64,000 nt of DNA from Balanoglossus misakiensis (lineage: Eukaryota; Animalia; Hemichordata): contig CM082583.2 in assembly GCA_040954595.2 (NCBI GenBank), positions 1,312,925 to 1,376,924 on the forward strand. Reading direction: 5' to 3'. Positions 39,077-53,583 of this stretch are shown here, in pieces. Under the pieces are notes generated by a model that did not search any database, had not been told where the DNA came from, and worked only from the letters and a program-made list of their open reading frames with translations. A program made the position numbers and the translations under genes. Positions within the stretch are counted from its first letter, which is position 1; every line of letters begins with the position of its first letter.

Positions 39077-40222
39077 ATTAAAGCTGCAAGCAGCGTTGGC
39101 GGGGCACAAGCGGTTCCCATGGTAACCAGCAAATGCCAAGGCTGTATCTGCTGTGGATACCAAGATATGGGAAAGTTGGTCAAAGGTCACCTGAGGTCAC
39201 CCCAAATTTGGGCAAAAAAATCGGAACCCATACTAGTCTAGGTCCAACAAAAACCAGACCCCTAGCTTTATTGGTTCGCCTAGAATTAGGTATGCGCATA
39301 ATTAATGAGGTCTAGTGTAAGGCATAAAATTTTGACCCCAGAGTGGGCCATGTCCAACTAAAACCAGACCTCTAGCCCTATTGGTTAGCCTGGAATTATA
39401 TATGCAGAAAAATGATGTTTCAGAAATAGGTCAAGGGTCATTGTCAAAATTACCAAAATATTTGTGTCATGTCCTGGCACCATGTCCACAAAATTCATGA
39501 CTGTGGTGCTTTGACAAGAGGAGGTATGGGGAATATGCATATATAATTTGTTGTTTTAAAACCGGGTCAAAGGTCATGTGAAAATTGCCCCGAAAAATTG
39601 TGACAACTTCCGGTCATATGATGACTCATATCCGAAAAAAGAATTTCCATGCTGCCAACATTTTGGCTACAAAACGGAATTTTCATTTTTCAATGGTTTT
39701 CCGAAAATCCAACATGGCCGCCATAATGATCGACCAATCACAGTGCGCTTCGCAAACTTGATAGACATAGGTTAGGTGACCACATACCCCGAATCCCGTG
39801 ACTCGGCAATCGCTGGTTTTGGAGAAGAAGATTTTTAAAGTTTTAAGTAGTGATTCAGAAAAACAATTGTAGCAAAAAAACTTTGTGTGACGTCATGATA
39901 TCAATGGGCTAAAATGATGGACAGAAGGTAGGCTACCTGCACACCAAATTTGAACTCGATCAGCCCAGTGGTTTTTGAGAACGACTCGTTTAACGATTTT
40001 CAGGAAATCCAATATGGCCGCCAGGTCACGTGACTAATTAAATATTCACGAGCCACTGCACGTCTACCCATTGGCCCCTACCACCCTACCAAGTTTCAGC
40101 CCCCTAGGTGCTGCGGTTTTCCAGATGTACAATGACATATTTCTCGGAAGAAGAATAATAATAAAGAAGAAATATTCCAACAATACCAATAGGGGCACAA
40201 GCCCGATAGGCTTGTGCCCCTA
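39077..40222 (-). mobile_element. Non-autonomous Helentron/HINE (DINE-1-like), ~1146 bp
   Basis: 14-bp hairpin TAGGGGCACAAGCC/GGCTTGTGCCCCTA 40190-40222, adjacent AAG/AAT microsatellite, subTIR GGGGCACAAGC 39101-39111, terminal stem-loop GCTGCAAGCAGC 39083-39094; insertion between two T (minus strand) with no TSD. Confidence 0.85.
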
Positions 40223-43200
40223 ATAAATTCTTTTCTTAGTTTCAAACGGGTAGAGATACTTTCCACACGGGTTTTCTAACATTGAATTCCCGTTCATCAA
40301 CTCAGATTTCCTACAGCATAAGTCGGCTAAAACCCTGACATTCTAGAGCAGAAACAGTTGCACACTGGTAACGTTGAACAAGTCGATTTTTCTACGGCCT
40401 GGCTCGGCTAAATCTCCGTCACAATATGACAGACACTAGCGTACGTTAGCAACGGTGATCAAGTCAGATTTGCTATGGCATGGCTTGGATAAAGCCCCGG
40501 CACTCTAGAGCAGAAACACGCGTACAGAGACCACGTTGATCAAGTCTGATCTCCTACGGCTTGGCTCGACTAAAACCCAGGCACACTATGACAGACACTA
40601 GCGTTCGGTAGCAACGTTGATCAAGTCAGATTTCCTACGGCATGGCTTGGCTAAAGCCCTGGCACTCTAGAGCAGAAACACGCGTGCAGAGACCACGTTG
40701 ATCTACTCACATTTCCTTCGGCCTGGCACGGCTGATGCCCCGGCACTAACATAGGACACAGACTGGCGTAAGTTAACAACTGTAATCACGTCGGGTTTCC
40801 TACGGCCTGGCTCAGCTGAAGCCCCGGCACTCTAGAGCAGAAACAGGCGTACATTGACCACGTTGATCAAGTCTGATCTCCTACGGCTTGGCTCGACTAA
40901 AACCCCGGCACACTATGACAGACACTAGCGTTCGTTAGCAACGTTGATCAAGTCAGATTTCCTACGGCATGGCTTGGCTGAAGCCCTGGCACTCTAGAGC
41001 AGAAACACGCGTACAGAGACCACGTTGATCAAGTCAGATTTCCTACGGAGTGACTCGGCTGGTGCACCGGCTCTATATGACACAGACTGGCGTAAGTTAT
41101 CAACGGTGATTACGTCGGATTTCCTACGGCCTGGTTTAGCTGAAGCCCCGGCACTTTCGAGCGGAAACACGCTTACATTGACCACGATGATCAAGTCAGA
41201 TCTCCTACGGCCTGGCTCGACTAAAACCCCGGCACACCATGACAGACACTAGCGTTCGTTAGCAACGGTGATCAAGTCGGATTTCCTTCGGCCTGGCTCT
41301 GCAAAAGACCCGACACTCTAGTACAAAGACGTTGGCTAAGTCGGGCAAACTAAGAGGGAAAGTCACAGCGGTTCAACACTTGACATTTGTTCGGGTAGGA
41401 CTGCATTATTTCCTGTCAATTTATAGAGAAAGCCCGAATTTAACCAGGGCGTTTCAAACACCGACGTTAGTTGGGGGCACGGCCTGCAGTACTGCCGGGT
41501 AAGCTGACATCGGCGTACCGCATATAATGTAGGGGGGGAACAGAACGGTTCAATACTACATTTATTAAATATCAGCTAATTTTGGACAATCATCTAAAAT
41601 CTAAATCATTTTTTCATATTTGGATATCTGATGATGTATGAAATTTCCATTATATGTAAAAATGGTGCTGATTATAAAAAATGCACTCTGAATGAGCTGA
41701 TTTAATACAAAATTGCGTTTTATTCGTTTTTGCACCAAAAAGGTCATTTTTAGGCATAACATTCTTTATTTTTTTAATTCGGTGACCTGATCATATATAA
41801 ACAATTGCTTGTATGTTAAAAGTTTTTATGACTTTTAAAAGCAGTGACACTGGCGGCATTCAACACGAAAATAACAATTTTAGCCACAATTTGGTCAAAA
41901 TGGTAAATTTTTGAAAATTACAAAAAATACCTGTTTTCTACATTTTCGGAAATCTGATGGAGTATAGAATGCTCTTCGTATGTATATATCGATACAAATT
42001 CCACAAAAGACCGTCTAATTTGGCTCACTGTAGACAAAATTGCGTTTTACCAAATTTTCCTTGAAAATGTCTCATTTTTAGAAAAACAAATAAAAAAAAC
42101 TTTGTTCTTCGAATTCGGTGCCCTGATCATATATGACATGTTGATTGTATGTTAAAACTTTCGACCACTCCAAAAATGCAGAGATATTGACGGAATTCAA
42201 GAAAAAATAGCCATTTTGGCCATATTTTGACAAAAATGGTAATTTTTTAAAAAAATCATAAAAAATTAACTCTTTTCTTCATTTTCGGAAATATTATGGA
42301 GCATGAAGTGTCGTTCTCTTGTAAAAAGTGCTGCAAATTCCAGAAAAGGCGGTATAATTTAAATCACCCAAGACAAAATTACCATTTTCGACTTTTTTTT
42401 CGAAAAATTGTCTTTTTTACAAAATAAATCAGAATAAATTCTTTTCTTAGTTTCAAACGGGTAGAGATACTTTCCACACGGGTTTTCTAACATTGAATTC
42501 CGGTTCATCAACTCAGATTTCCTACAGCATAAGTCGGCTAAAACCCTGACACTCTAGAGCAGAAACAGTTGCACACTGGTAACGTTGAACAAGTCGATTT
42601 TTCTACTGCCTGGCTCGGCTAAATCTCCGTCACAATATGACAGACACTAGCGTACGTTAGCAACGGTGATCAAGTCAGATTTTCTACGGCATGGCTTGGA
42701 TAAAGCCCCGGCACTCCAGAGCAGAAACACGCGTACAGAGACCACGTTGATCAAGTCTGATCTCCTAAGGCTTGGCTCGACTAAAACCCAGGCACACTAT
42801 GACAGACACTAGCGTTCGTTAGCAACGTTGATCAAGTCAGATTTCCTACGGCATGGCTTGGCTAAAGCCCTGGCACTCTAGAGCAGAAACACGCGTACAG
42901 AGACCACGTTGATCTACTCACATTTCCTTCGGCCTGGCACGGCTGATGCCCCGGCACTATATATAGGACACAGACTGGCGTAAGTTAACAACAGTAATCA
43001 CGTCGGGTTTCCTACGGCCTGGCTCAGCTGAAGCCCCGGCACTCTAGAGCAGAAACATGCGTACATTGACCACGTTGATCAAGTCAGATTTCCTACGGCG
43101 TGACTCGGCTGGTGCACCGGCTCTATATGACACAGACTGGCGTAAGTTATCAACGGTGATTACGTCGGATTTCCTATGGTCTGGTTTAGCTGAAGCCCCG

Positions 43201-45996
43201 GCACTTTCGAGCGGAAACACGCGTACATTGACCACGATGATCAAGTCAGATCTCCTACGGCCTGGCTCGACTAAAACCCCGGCACACCATGACAGACACT
43301 AGCGTTCGTTAGCAACGGTGATCAAGTCGGATTTCCTTCGGCCTGGCTCTGCAAAAGACCCGACACTCCAGTACAAAGACGTTGGCTAAGTCGGGCAAAC
43401 CGAAGAGGGAAAGTCACAGCGGGTCAACACTCGACATTTGTTCGGGTAGGACTGCATTATTGCCTGTCAATTTATAGAGAGAGCCCGAATTTAACCAGGG
43501 CCTTTCAGACACCGACGTTAGTTGGGGGCACGGCCTGCAGTACTACCGGGTAAGCTGACATCGGCGTACCGCATATAATGTAGGGGGGGGGACAGAACGG
43601 TTCAATACTACATTTATTAGATATCAGCTAATTTTGGACAATCATCTAAAATCTAAATCATTTTTTCATATTTGGATATCTGATGATGTATGAAATTTCC
43701 ATTATATGTAAAAATGGTGCTGATTATAAAAAATGCACTCTGAATGAGCTGATTTAATACAAAATTGCGTTTTATTCGTTTTTGCACCAAAAAGGTCATT
43801 TTTAGGGAAAACATTCTTTATTTTTTTAATTCGGTGACCTGATCATATATAAACAATTGCTTGTATGTTAAAAGTTTTTATGACTTTTAAAAGCAGTGAC
43901 ACTGGCGGCATTCAACACGAAAATAACAATTTTAGCCACAATTTGGTCAAAATGGTAAATTTTTGAAAATTACAAAAAATACCTGTTTTCTACATTTTCG
44001 GAAATCTGATGGAGTATAGAATGCTCTTCGTATATATATATCGATACAAATTCCACAAAAAACGGCCAACTTGGCTCACTGCAGACAAAATTGCGTTTTA
44101 CCAAATTTTCCTTGAAAATGTCATTTTTAGAAAAAAAAATAAAAAAAACCTTTGTTCTTCGAATTTGGTGCCCTGATCATATATGACATGTTGATTATAT
44201 GTTAAAACTTTCGACCACTCCAAAAATGCAGAGATATTGACGGAATTCAAGAAAAAATAGCCATTTGGCCATATTTTGACAAAAATGGTAAATTTTTAAA
44301 AAAATCATAAAAAATTAACTCTTTTCTTCATTTTCGGAAATATTATGGAGCATGAAGTGTCGTTCTCTTGTAAAAAGTGCTGCAAATTCCAGAAAAGGCG
44401 GTATAATTTGAATCACCCAAGACAAAATTACCATGTTCGACTTTTTTTCGAAAAATTGTCTTTTTTACAAAATAAATAAGAATAAATTCTTTTCTTAGTT
44501 TCAAACGGGTAGAGATACTTTCCACACGGGTTTTCTAACATTGAATTCCCATTCATCAACTCAGATTTCCTACAGCATAAGTCGGCTAAAACCCTGACAC
44601 TCTAGAGCAGAAACAGTTGCACACTGGTAACGTTGAACAAGTCGATTTTTCTACGGCCTGGCTCGGCTAAATCTCCGTCACAATATGACAGACACTAGCG
44701 TACGTTAGCAACGGTGATCAAGTCAGATTTTCTACGGCATGGCTTGGATAAAGCCCCAGCACTCCAGAGCAGAAACACGCGTACAGAGACCACGTTGATC
44801 AAGTCTGATCTCCTAAGGCTTGGCTCGACTAAAACCCAGGCACACTATGACAGACACTAGCGTTCGTTAGCAACGTTGATCAAGTCAGATTTCCTACGGC
44901 ATGGCTTGGCTAAAGCCCTGGCACTCTAGAGCAGAAACACGCGTACAGAGACCACGTTGATCTACTCACATTTCCTTCGGCCTGGCACGGCTGATGCCCC
45001 CGGCACTATATATAGGACACAAACTGGCGTAAGTTAACAACGGTAATCACGTCGGGTTTCCTACGGCCTGGCTCAGCTGAAGCCCCGGCACTCTAGAGCA
45101 GAAACAGGCGTACATTGACCACGTTGATCAAGTCAGATTTCCTACGGCGTGACTCGGCTGGTGCACCGGCTCTATATGACACAGACTGGCGTAAGTTATC
45201 AACGGTGATTACGTCGGATTTCCTACGGCCTGGTTTAGCTGAAGCCCCGGCACTTTAGAGCGGAAACACGCGTACATTGACCACGATGATCAAGTCAGAT
45301 CTCCTACGGCCTGGCTCGACTAAAACCCCGGCACACCATGACAGACACTAGCGTTTGTTAGCAACGTTGATCAAGTCGGAATTTCCTCGGCCTGGCTCTG
45401 CAAAAGACCCGACACTCTAGTACAAAGACGTTGACTAAGTCGGGCAAACCGAAGAGGGAAAGTCACAGCGGGTCAACACTCGACATTTGTTCGGGTAGGA
45501 CTGCATTATTGCCTGTCAATTTATAGAGAGAGCCCGAATTTAACCAGGGCGTTTCAGACACCGACGTTAGTTGGGGGCACGGCCTGCAGTACTGCCGGGT
45601 AAGCTGACATCGGCGTACCGCATATAATGTAGGGGGGGGGGACAGAACGGTTCAATACTACATTTTATTAGATATCAGCTAATTTTGGACAATCATCTAA
45701 AATCTAAATCATTTTTTCATATTTGGATATCTGATGATGTATGAAATTTCCATTATATGTAAAAATGGTGCTGATTATAAAAAATGCACTGTGAATGAGC
45801 TGATTTAATACAAAATTGCGTTTTATTCGTTTTTGCACCAAAAAGGTCATTTTTAGGGAAAACATTCTTTATTTTTTTAATTCGGTGACCTGATCATATA
45901 TAAACAATTGCTTGTATGTTAAAAGTTTTTATGACTTTTAAAAGCTGTGGCACTGGCGGCATTCAACACGAAAATAACAATTTTAGGCACAATTTG

Positions 45997-46332
45997 TATG
46001 GAGAAGTGAGAGATTTACTCCAGAAGGATCACGTGACGGAAACTCTTACCCTATCAGAGTTGACTTTGTTTCCCGCCAAACTTTATACTTGCAGCAGATT
46101 TATTGTAATTTTTGAGTGTTTGCTCCGGCGTTCGTGGGAATTATATATAACCCAGTTTTGGCGATTTCGGGCAGCTTTTTGTAAGGAGCTCTGTGGTGTT
46201 ACTTTGTTGTTGGATTCAGATGGTAATAAACCAGTGTTTTACCTAGCACTGAATCGTTCGCTTCTTTTCCGACGTCAGTATACTCGAACCCCCTCCCGGG
46301 AGTATTGATCACTGCCACGATACTTCCCCACA
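45997..46332 (+). repeat. 5' LTR of B copy 2
   Basis: 336 bp, same termini as copy 1. Confidence 0.95.
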
Positions 46333-46336
46333 TTTT

Positions 46337-46354
46337 TGGTGCCGAGACCAGGAT
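46337..46354 (+). promoter_or_regulatory. Primer-binding site, probably tRNA-His
   Basis: TGGTGCCGAGACCAGGAT, 17/18 match to TGGTGCCGTGACCAGGAT. Confidence 0.8.
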
Positions 46355-46365
46355 AACCGAGCAAG

Positions 46366-49300
46366 ATGTCGGAACAAGAACACATCGCGCCACAAGATGG
46401 ACAACAAGTGGATCAGCCAACAGCGTTGACAAAACTGAAGAGATCGCGTCGTGGTCAACGCGCACAAGTGACCCGACTGTTCAACCGGGCCGACACCCTC
46501 ATGAACAATTTCGTAGACGTCGGTACAGACAAGCCGACTACACTCGACACGCTGGAAGGGCTGAACGAACAACTTTCGAACAAGATCCGTCTACTCGCCG
46601 ACCTCGAGGTGAGAATCCTCGATCTAATTGACGATGAACACTTTGACGAAGAAAATGAAACTTCAGGCGACTACCACGCCGAAATCTTCGAACACAATCA
46701 TCGCATCGCATCTTTCATCAAGAAAAACAAATCGGAGATGCGGACAACTACTACTAGTACTGGTAATGTAACGGGAAGCAGCCTCGGCAACGCGACGCCT
46801 CGTAAAACAGTAACTCTACCGAAACTCCAGCTGCAAACTTTCTCAGGCAATGTAATAGAATGGTCGAGTTTCTTCGATGTATTCAAGTCTTCGATACCTT
46901 CGGACACTAATTTGGACAACATTCAGAAGTTTACGTATTTGCGGAGTGTACTCAAAGATGAAGCAGCGAGAACAATCAACGGATTGCCACTCACGCACGC
47001 GATTGACTTATTGACCGAAAGATACGGACAAACCCATCTCATAGTAGATGCTCACATGACCGCGTTGTGGAATCTAAAAAGCCCAACCGCCGACGTACAA
47101 AGTTTAAGGCATTTCTACGACTCGATTGAAAATCACGTTCGAGGTCTTCAGTCGCTGGGTAAGGAGGAAACCACATACGGCGAACTTTTGGGTCCAATAA
47201 TACGGGAGAAATTACCTCCTAACATTCGAGAGCAGATAGCAAGAAAACATGGTAATGCTGCGTGGACATTACCAGATCTACGAAAAGCCATTCAACACGA
47301 GATAAACGCCCTTCAAGCCGGCAACCGGGTCGACGAGATAACAATGGCCACTACCAGAGAACCGGAAATAACCGCGTTTCACACGAAAACGCAGATGACA
47401 GGTAAACAGAATTTTCGCGCCCCTGTCAAAACGTGCCCGTTCTGCAAAGGGTCACACTTCGCGTTAAATTGCACTGTGGTAACTGATACGCGCGAGAGAC
47501 TGGACATTGTGAAGAAGGACAGACTATGTTTTAATTGCTTTGGAAAACATAGAGTTGCGGAGTGTAAATCAAAATACTCCTGCAGAAAGTGTAGGAAACG
47601 TCATCACTCTGCGCTACACTACGACGTTCCCACCGCTACAACTACGCCAACCGGAGCGTCGTCCTCGCCATCGCCATCATCAAGTACTTCTGATGTCAAA
47701 GTAACATTGACTAATACCGATACATTTACGGATAAGAAGATAAACACTGGGCCAGTGCTGCTGAAAACTGCGTTTGTACCACTGTCTGTCGGACGGGGAA
47801 CCCCCATACATGCCATCATCCTGTTTGATGAAGGAGCAAATAAGACATTCGTCACTGAGAGATTCGCCCGTCAGCTGTCCGCGAAAGCTACGCGGCACGA
47901 ACACATAAAGTTATCGACCTTCCGTGGCAAGGATTCCAAAGTACGCACCATGGGATTCACCGAACTAACTGCTCATGAACTGAACGGGAATACTTCAACT
48001 ATTCACGCGATGATAATTCCAGAGATATCGTCGGACTTAACAAATCACATTTCTCAGGAAGTCCACAATATGAGCCACCTGAAAGGGCTACCATTCGCAC
48101 ATCCAGTTTCGAGTGATCAGTCGTGGCCAATTGATGTTCTAATCGGAGCCGACCAATATTGGAATTTCGTGGGCTCACACGTTATTTCTGGCGCGTCCGG
48201 CCCCACTGCTGTGTCATCCAAATTTGGATACTTACTCTCCGGACCCCTCGGAACTCCAAAAGTGGATTCTAATGCGCATATCTTACATGTGATTTCTACT
48301 GCTGATACCAGTAACGTAGTTTCAGAGAACTCTATCAACGGACTGCATGGAGATCGCGCAACGGACATGTATACACCGATGGATAGTACTGCGATCGGCC
48401 GAGAACCACAGGTCCAAAATATGTGGGACCTTGAATTGATCGGTATTCAGGACAATCCAACAGTTGATGAACAGTTGACGTACGAGTCTTACAGAGACAC
48501 GCACTTGAGAGTTGACCGAGGAAAATACGTAGCTAAACTACTGTGGAAGGAAGATCACCCTCCACTACCCACCAACTACGATGTCGCCATGAAACGCACG
48601 CGTAATATGATACGCAGGTTACCCTCTGAACTCATCAAGAAATATGACGACATAATCAATGAACAGAGACGTCGCGACTTCATCGGAGAGGTTGACGAAG
48701 ATGACGTGAATATCGGACACTATTTGCCACATCGTCCGGTGGTTAAGAATTCGACCACAACACCCATTCGCATCGTTTATGATTGCTCTTGTAAGAAGGA
48801 TTCTAATTATCCAAGTTTGAATGATTGCTTGCAAACTGGACCGTCATTAATAAATGACCTGCCAGCGATTCTGCTGAGATTCCGCGCCAATAACATTGCT
48901 TTCACAGCTGACATTGAGAAAGCATTCCTGAACATTCGGTTGGAAGAAGATGAGAGGAAATTCACGAAATTTCTGTGGCTGTCGGACATTAACGACCCAG
49001 AAAGTGACTTCATAACTTTGCAGTTTAAGTCTGTCTTGTTTGGAGCAGTCTGTTCCCCATTCATCCTCAATGCGGTTATCAAGACGCATTTAGAGAACAA
49101 TAGTCAACTTCCCACCGCTGACAGATTGGGAAATAATATCTATGTGGATAATGTGATCGATGGAGTTGATATTTTGCTAAGATTTTCGAAGCTGTCATTG
49201 TCCCTCATATCTACCAGCATGTTCAACCAAATATATCCATTGATCAGCATGGATTTGTTAAAAATAGATCTACCACAACCAACTTAGTGGCTTACACTGA

Positions 49301-52300
49301 TTTCATTTCAGCTTCATTGAACAACAAAGAACAGGTAGATTCAATCTACACTGATTTTAGCAAGGCGTTTGACAGTGTCTGTCACACACTACTGCTGTAC
49401 AAAGCCGCCAATTTTGGTATATGTGGCAATTTGCACAGCTGGCTGGCGTCGTATCTCCATCTCAGACAACAGAGGGTGGTGTTTGGCAGTCACTCGTCAA
49501 ACAGCTTCACTGCTACATCGGGGGTCCCACAAGGTTCACTCTTGGGGCCACTACTTTTTGTAATGTATATAAATGATATATCACTGTTAGATATTTCTGC
49601 AAAGCTCAGCATGTATGCCGACGATGCTAAGATTTACCGTACCATCACCTCCTCCGCTGATTGTGACTTGTTACAGAAAGACCTTGATAAATTTGCTCTC
49701 TGGTGTGACAACTGGAAGTTGTCACCTAATATCAATAAATGCAAATTCATCAGTTTCACCCTAAAGAAAAGGGTTATTTCATCTACTGACTACTCTATCA
49801 ATGGCACTCCCCTTCAACGTGTTTCTGTAATCAAGGACTTAGGGATATACCTTACTTCTAATCTCAATTATTCTTTCCACATAAATAACACAGTTTCCAG
49901 AGCCTTCAAATCTCTGGGTTTTATTAAGCGCCTCTGCCAGCCTTTTAATGACATATCCGCTATTATTTCTCTATATTTTGTTTATGTAAGATCTATTCTA
50001 GAGTATGGCTCTGTTGTGTGGTCACCCCACCAAAAGGGCCTGTCAGACAAGATTGAGCGGGTACAAATTAAGTTTGTGAAGTACATTTGTTGCAAACTCA
50101 ATATTCACTGCAGCAGGTCCAGCTACCCTATTTATTGTAGATTACTGAATATCCCAATGTTATATAACAGAAGACTCACCCTTGACATGTTTTTTTATAC
50201 AAAATTATCCACTCACAGTATGATTCACCTGGTATTTTAAATCAAATATGTTTTTACGCCCCTAGTAGAAATTTACGCAAGAAACCCCTTTTTAAACCCG
50301 ACTTGCGCTCCGTTAATTGTAGAAAATTCTCGACAATGCTCAGATGCATGTCTGCTTTTAATGAGATTTCTTCTAAATGTGATATTGATATTTTTTCTAC
50401 GCTCCACAGTTTTAAATCTATTTTATCCAGTCATTTTAATGGTACTGTTCCTTGATTTGTATTTATATTTTACGTGACATGTGTTACTTTTTTGGTGTCT
50501 TGTTTTTCAGTTAATTTTTGTTTTGTGACTTAATTGTTTTTATTGTTTCCCAGATCTGTAAGTGGGTTTGCCCGTTGATCTGTGTAATAAATAAATAAAA
50601 AAAAATACTGCAGAAAACTCCATGAAATACTACCATGAAGCCAATGAGTTGATGACATCAGGCGGATTCAAACTCAGAGCATGGTCTTCCAACTGTCAAC
50701 AAATAAACGAACTCGCTACATGTGACAATCTGAACGAACCCACCGAAGATGTATCCGTTTTGGGAATGCAGTGGTCAACAAAATCTGACGAATTGACTTA
50801 CTCCAAAGTGGTTAATATGTCGTCGCGTGCCGAACTCGTGACCAAACGTGACATTGTCAGCTATGTGGCGATGCTATTTGATCCGTTTGGATTTCTCGCC
50901 CCTGTAATGATCAAAGCCAAATTGTTCATTCAGTTACTATGGAAACTGGAATTAGACTGGGATGAACCTATCAACGCAGATCTCTACACTCAATGGATGC
51001 ACATCGCATAAGATCTCAAAGACTCGCGAAACACGAAGATCGAACGACAATATTTTGATGAACTTGAAGGCGACAATGAATGCGAGCTACACGCCTTTGC
51101 AGACGCAAGCCAGAGAGCGTATGGGGCAGTAGTGTATTTGAAAAGAGGACAGCAAACGTCGTTTGTGATGGCGAAGACTAGAACCGCACCAGTGGCTGAA
51201 ACTACACTCCCGCGACTGGAATTGATGGCTGCGTTAATAGCCACACGTCTCAGCAAGTACGCTAAAGAAGCCCTGTCCTCCAAATATGACATAGTTCGTT
51301 GTTATTTATGGAGTGACAGCCAAATTGTCCTTCACTGGCTGAACAGTGAGAAGAGACTTCCGGTGTTTGTGAAGAATCGAGTAGATGAAATTCGCGAATT
51401 TCAGTCCACAAAGAAATACTGCCCATCAGAACACAACCCAGCTGATCTTTTAACCAGAGGGGTAACCTACGAAATGATGGAACGCTCTGAACTATGGCGT
51501 AATGGACCAACATGGCTAAAGACAAGCGATTGGCCTAGTTGCCCAGCGTTTGATGTTAATGTGATGCATACCGCAATCGAACCAGATGAGACGGACAGAT
51601 TGCCGCCGCGTTTCGGCAACGGAATCAACGATCAGTCTACCGAGAAGGCAGAAATACTCGCTCCCCCCAAAGCCAGACGATGTACAGATCGCGAAAATCT
51701 GGAAATTACCAGTCCCAATGACTACGGAATTCAACACGTTGTTGACATTTCCAGATTCAACAACTTGGATAGGCTATTACGAGTGACAAGTTATGTCCTC
51801 AGATTCATCGCACGGATGAAAAAATCTACCGAGGTGAAACACGGGAGAATTACCCCTGATGAGCTGCACCGAGCGGAAAATATGTGGGTTAAACATATTC
51901 AACGGCAGTTCTATGACGCCGAAATCCAGTCTGTGAAATTGAACTTGAGTAAATGTGCGCCCATTGTTCGACAACTGAACTTATTTGTTGACGAAGAAGA
52001 CGTACTTCGCTGTGGGAGTAGAATCCATAACGTGCCGATCGATTTCGTCACAAGATTTCCCGCCTTGATACCCTCGCATCATAAATTGACAAATTTGATA
52101 ATACGGAAATCACACGAACTGACGCTTCACCAGGGAGTCCAATCTACAGTGACACAGATAAGGCAAAGATATTGGATCCCCAAAATTCAGATTATTGTAC
52201 GCGGTGTCTTACGTGGTTGTGTCATTTGCAACAAAGTTACCGGGAAACCTTACGCGAATCCAGTGCAAGCGCCGCTACCAAGTTATCGAGTGAACATTGT

Positions 52301-53411
52301 CCCAGCATTTACTGTAACAGGCGTGGATTTCACGGGTCATCTTTATACCAAGGCCAAAGATGGGACACGTGCCAAAGCCTATATCTGTTTATTCACCTGT
52401 GCGGTGACGCGTGCCATTCACCTAGAACTGGTTCCTGATATGTCAACCCAGACGTTCATGCACGCGTTCAGAAGATTCGCCGCGAGACGTTCTTTGCCGA
52501 GTAGGATGCTGTCAGACAACGCATCGACTTATTTATCGGCTGCCAATGAAATCAATACACTGTTTGATACGCCAGAAGTAAATGACTTTCTCGCCGCACA
52601 CCGTGTACAATGGACGTTTATACCGAAGCGCGCGCCCTGGTTTGGTGGCTTCTGGGAGAGGCTGATTGCTTTGACAAAGAACGCTATTAGGAAAACTCTC
52701 GGTCGAGCTTACCTAACCTTTGATGAACTCGCAACAGTTGTGACTGAAATTGAAGCCGTTTTAAACGACAGGCCGTTAACGTACGTGTCATTTAGTATAA
52801 ACGACAACATTGGATTGACCCCAAATCACTTGCTACATGGCAGGACACTGACCTCATTGCCGTACATCGAGATCACCGACGAAGAGGTGATTGACCCATC
52901 TTACTGTGATAATCGTGAAATCAACAAAAGATATGAACATCTATCAAGATTACACGATCAATTTTGGCGAAGATGGTCGTCCGAGTATCTGACTGCCCTA
53001 CGTGAACGACATCCCACCAAAGGAACTCGTGATAATGTCATCAAGGTCGGAGATGTCGTGATAATACACAGTGACACTGACAAACGTCCGAAATGGCATT
53101 TAGGAACTGTAACAAGGTTGATCTTCGGTAATGATAAACTGGTACGATCTGCGGAGTTGAACACCGCAGGTGGTCCTACAAACCGACCTATCCATAAATT
53201 GTACCCATTGGAAGTTGTCTCCAAGGAGCTGTCAACTGTGTCTGGAGATAATACAGGTATTGGAGCAGATTCCAACACGAATACTGAAACAGTCGACACA
53301 GCTGGAGCCTCTGAAGATTCCTCGGTGAAGGCGGATGTTGTACCCCCGAGACGACCTGTCAGAGACTCTGCAGTTGCCGCTCGAGTACGAATAGCGGATC
53401 TCTCTATTTGA
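46366..53411 (+). pseudogene. BEL/Pao gag-pol of B copy 2
   Basis: Open from 46366 to the LINE junction at 49171, resumes after ~50605, one TAA at 51009-51011, then open through the integrase to 53411. Confidence 0.95.
49172..50604 (+). mobile_element. 5'-truncated CR1/T1-type non-LTR retrotransposon
   Basis: QHGFVKNRSTTTNL, QVDSIYTDFSKAFD, SGVPQGSLLGPLLF, YADD, VRSILEYGSVVWSP; 3' (TAAA)n/oligo-A tail; absent from B copy 1; at most a 3-bp duplication ATA. Confidence 0.92.
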
Positions 53412-53583
53412 CTTTGAAATTGGAAAACAATTTCGATCGCATTGTGACTGTTATCATGTTTACTGACACAATGAACATTAGTTTATTATCCTTGAACACT
53501 TTAGGTGACTTTAATCATATTTCATGTTATTTAATGTTTTTTTTTCTGATGATTTTCGAGACTTTCCTTTGCGCGGGGGAGAA

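Noticed and set aside
45992-46000. Sequence-specific targeting of the satellite by BEL element B
   Set aside because: The shared 5'/3' LTR difference and shared flank variants point to one insertion later duplicated
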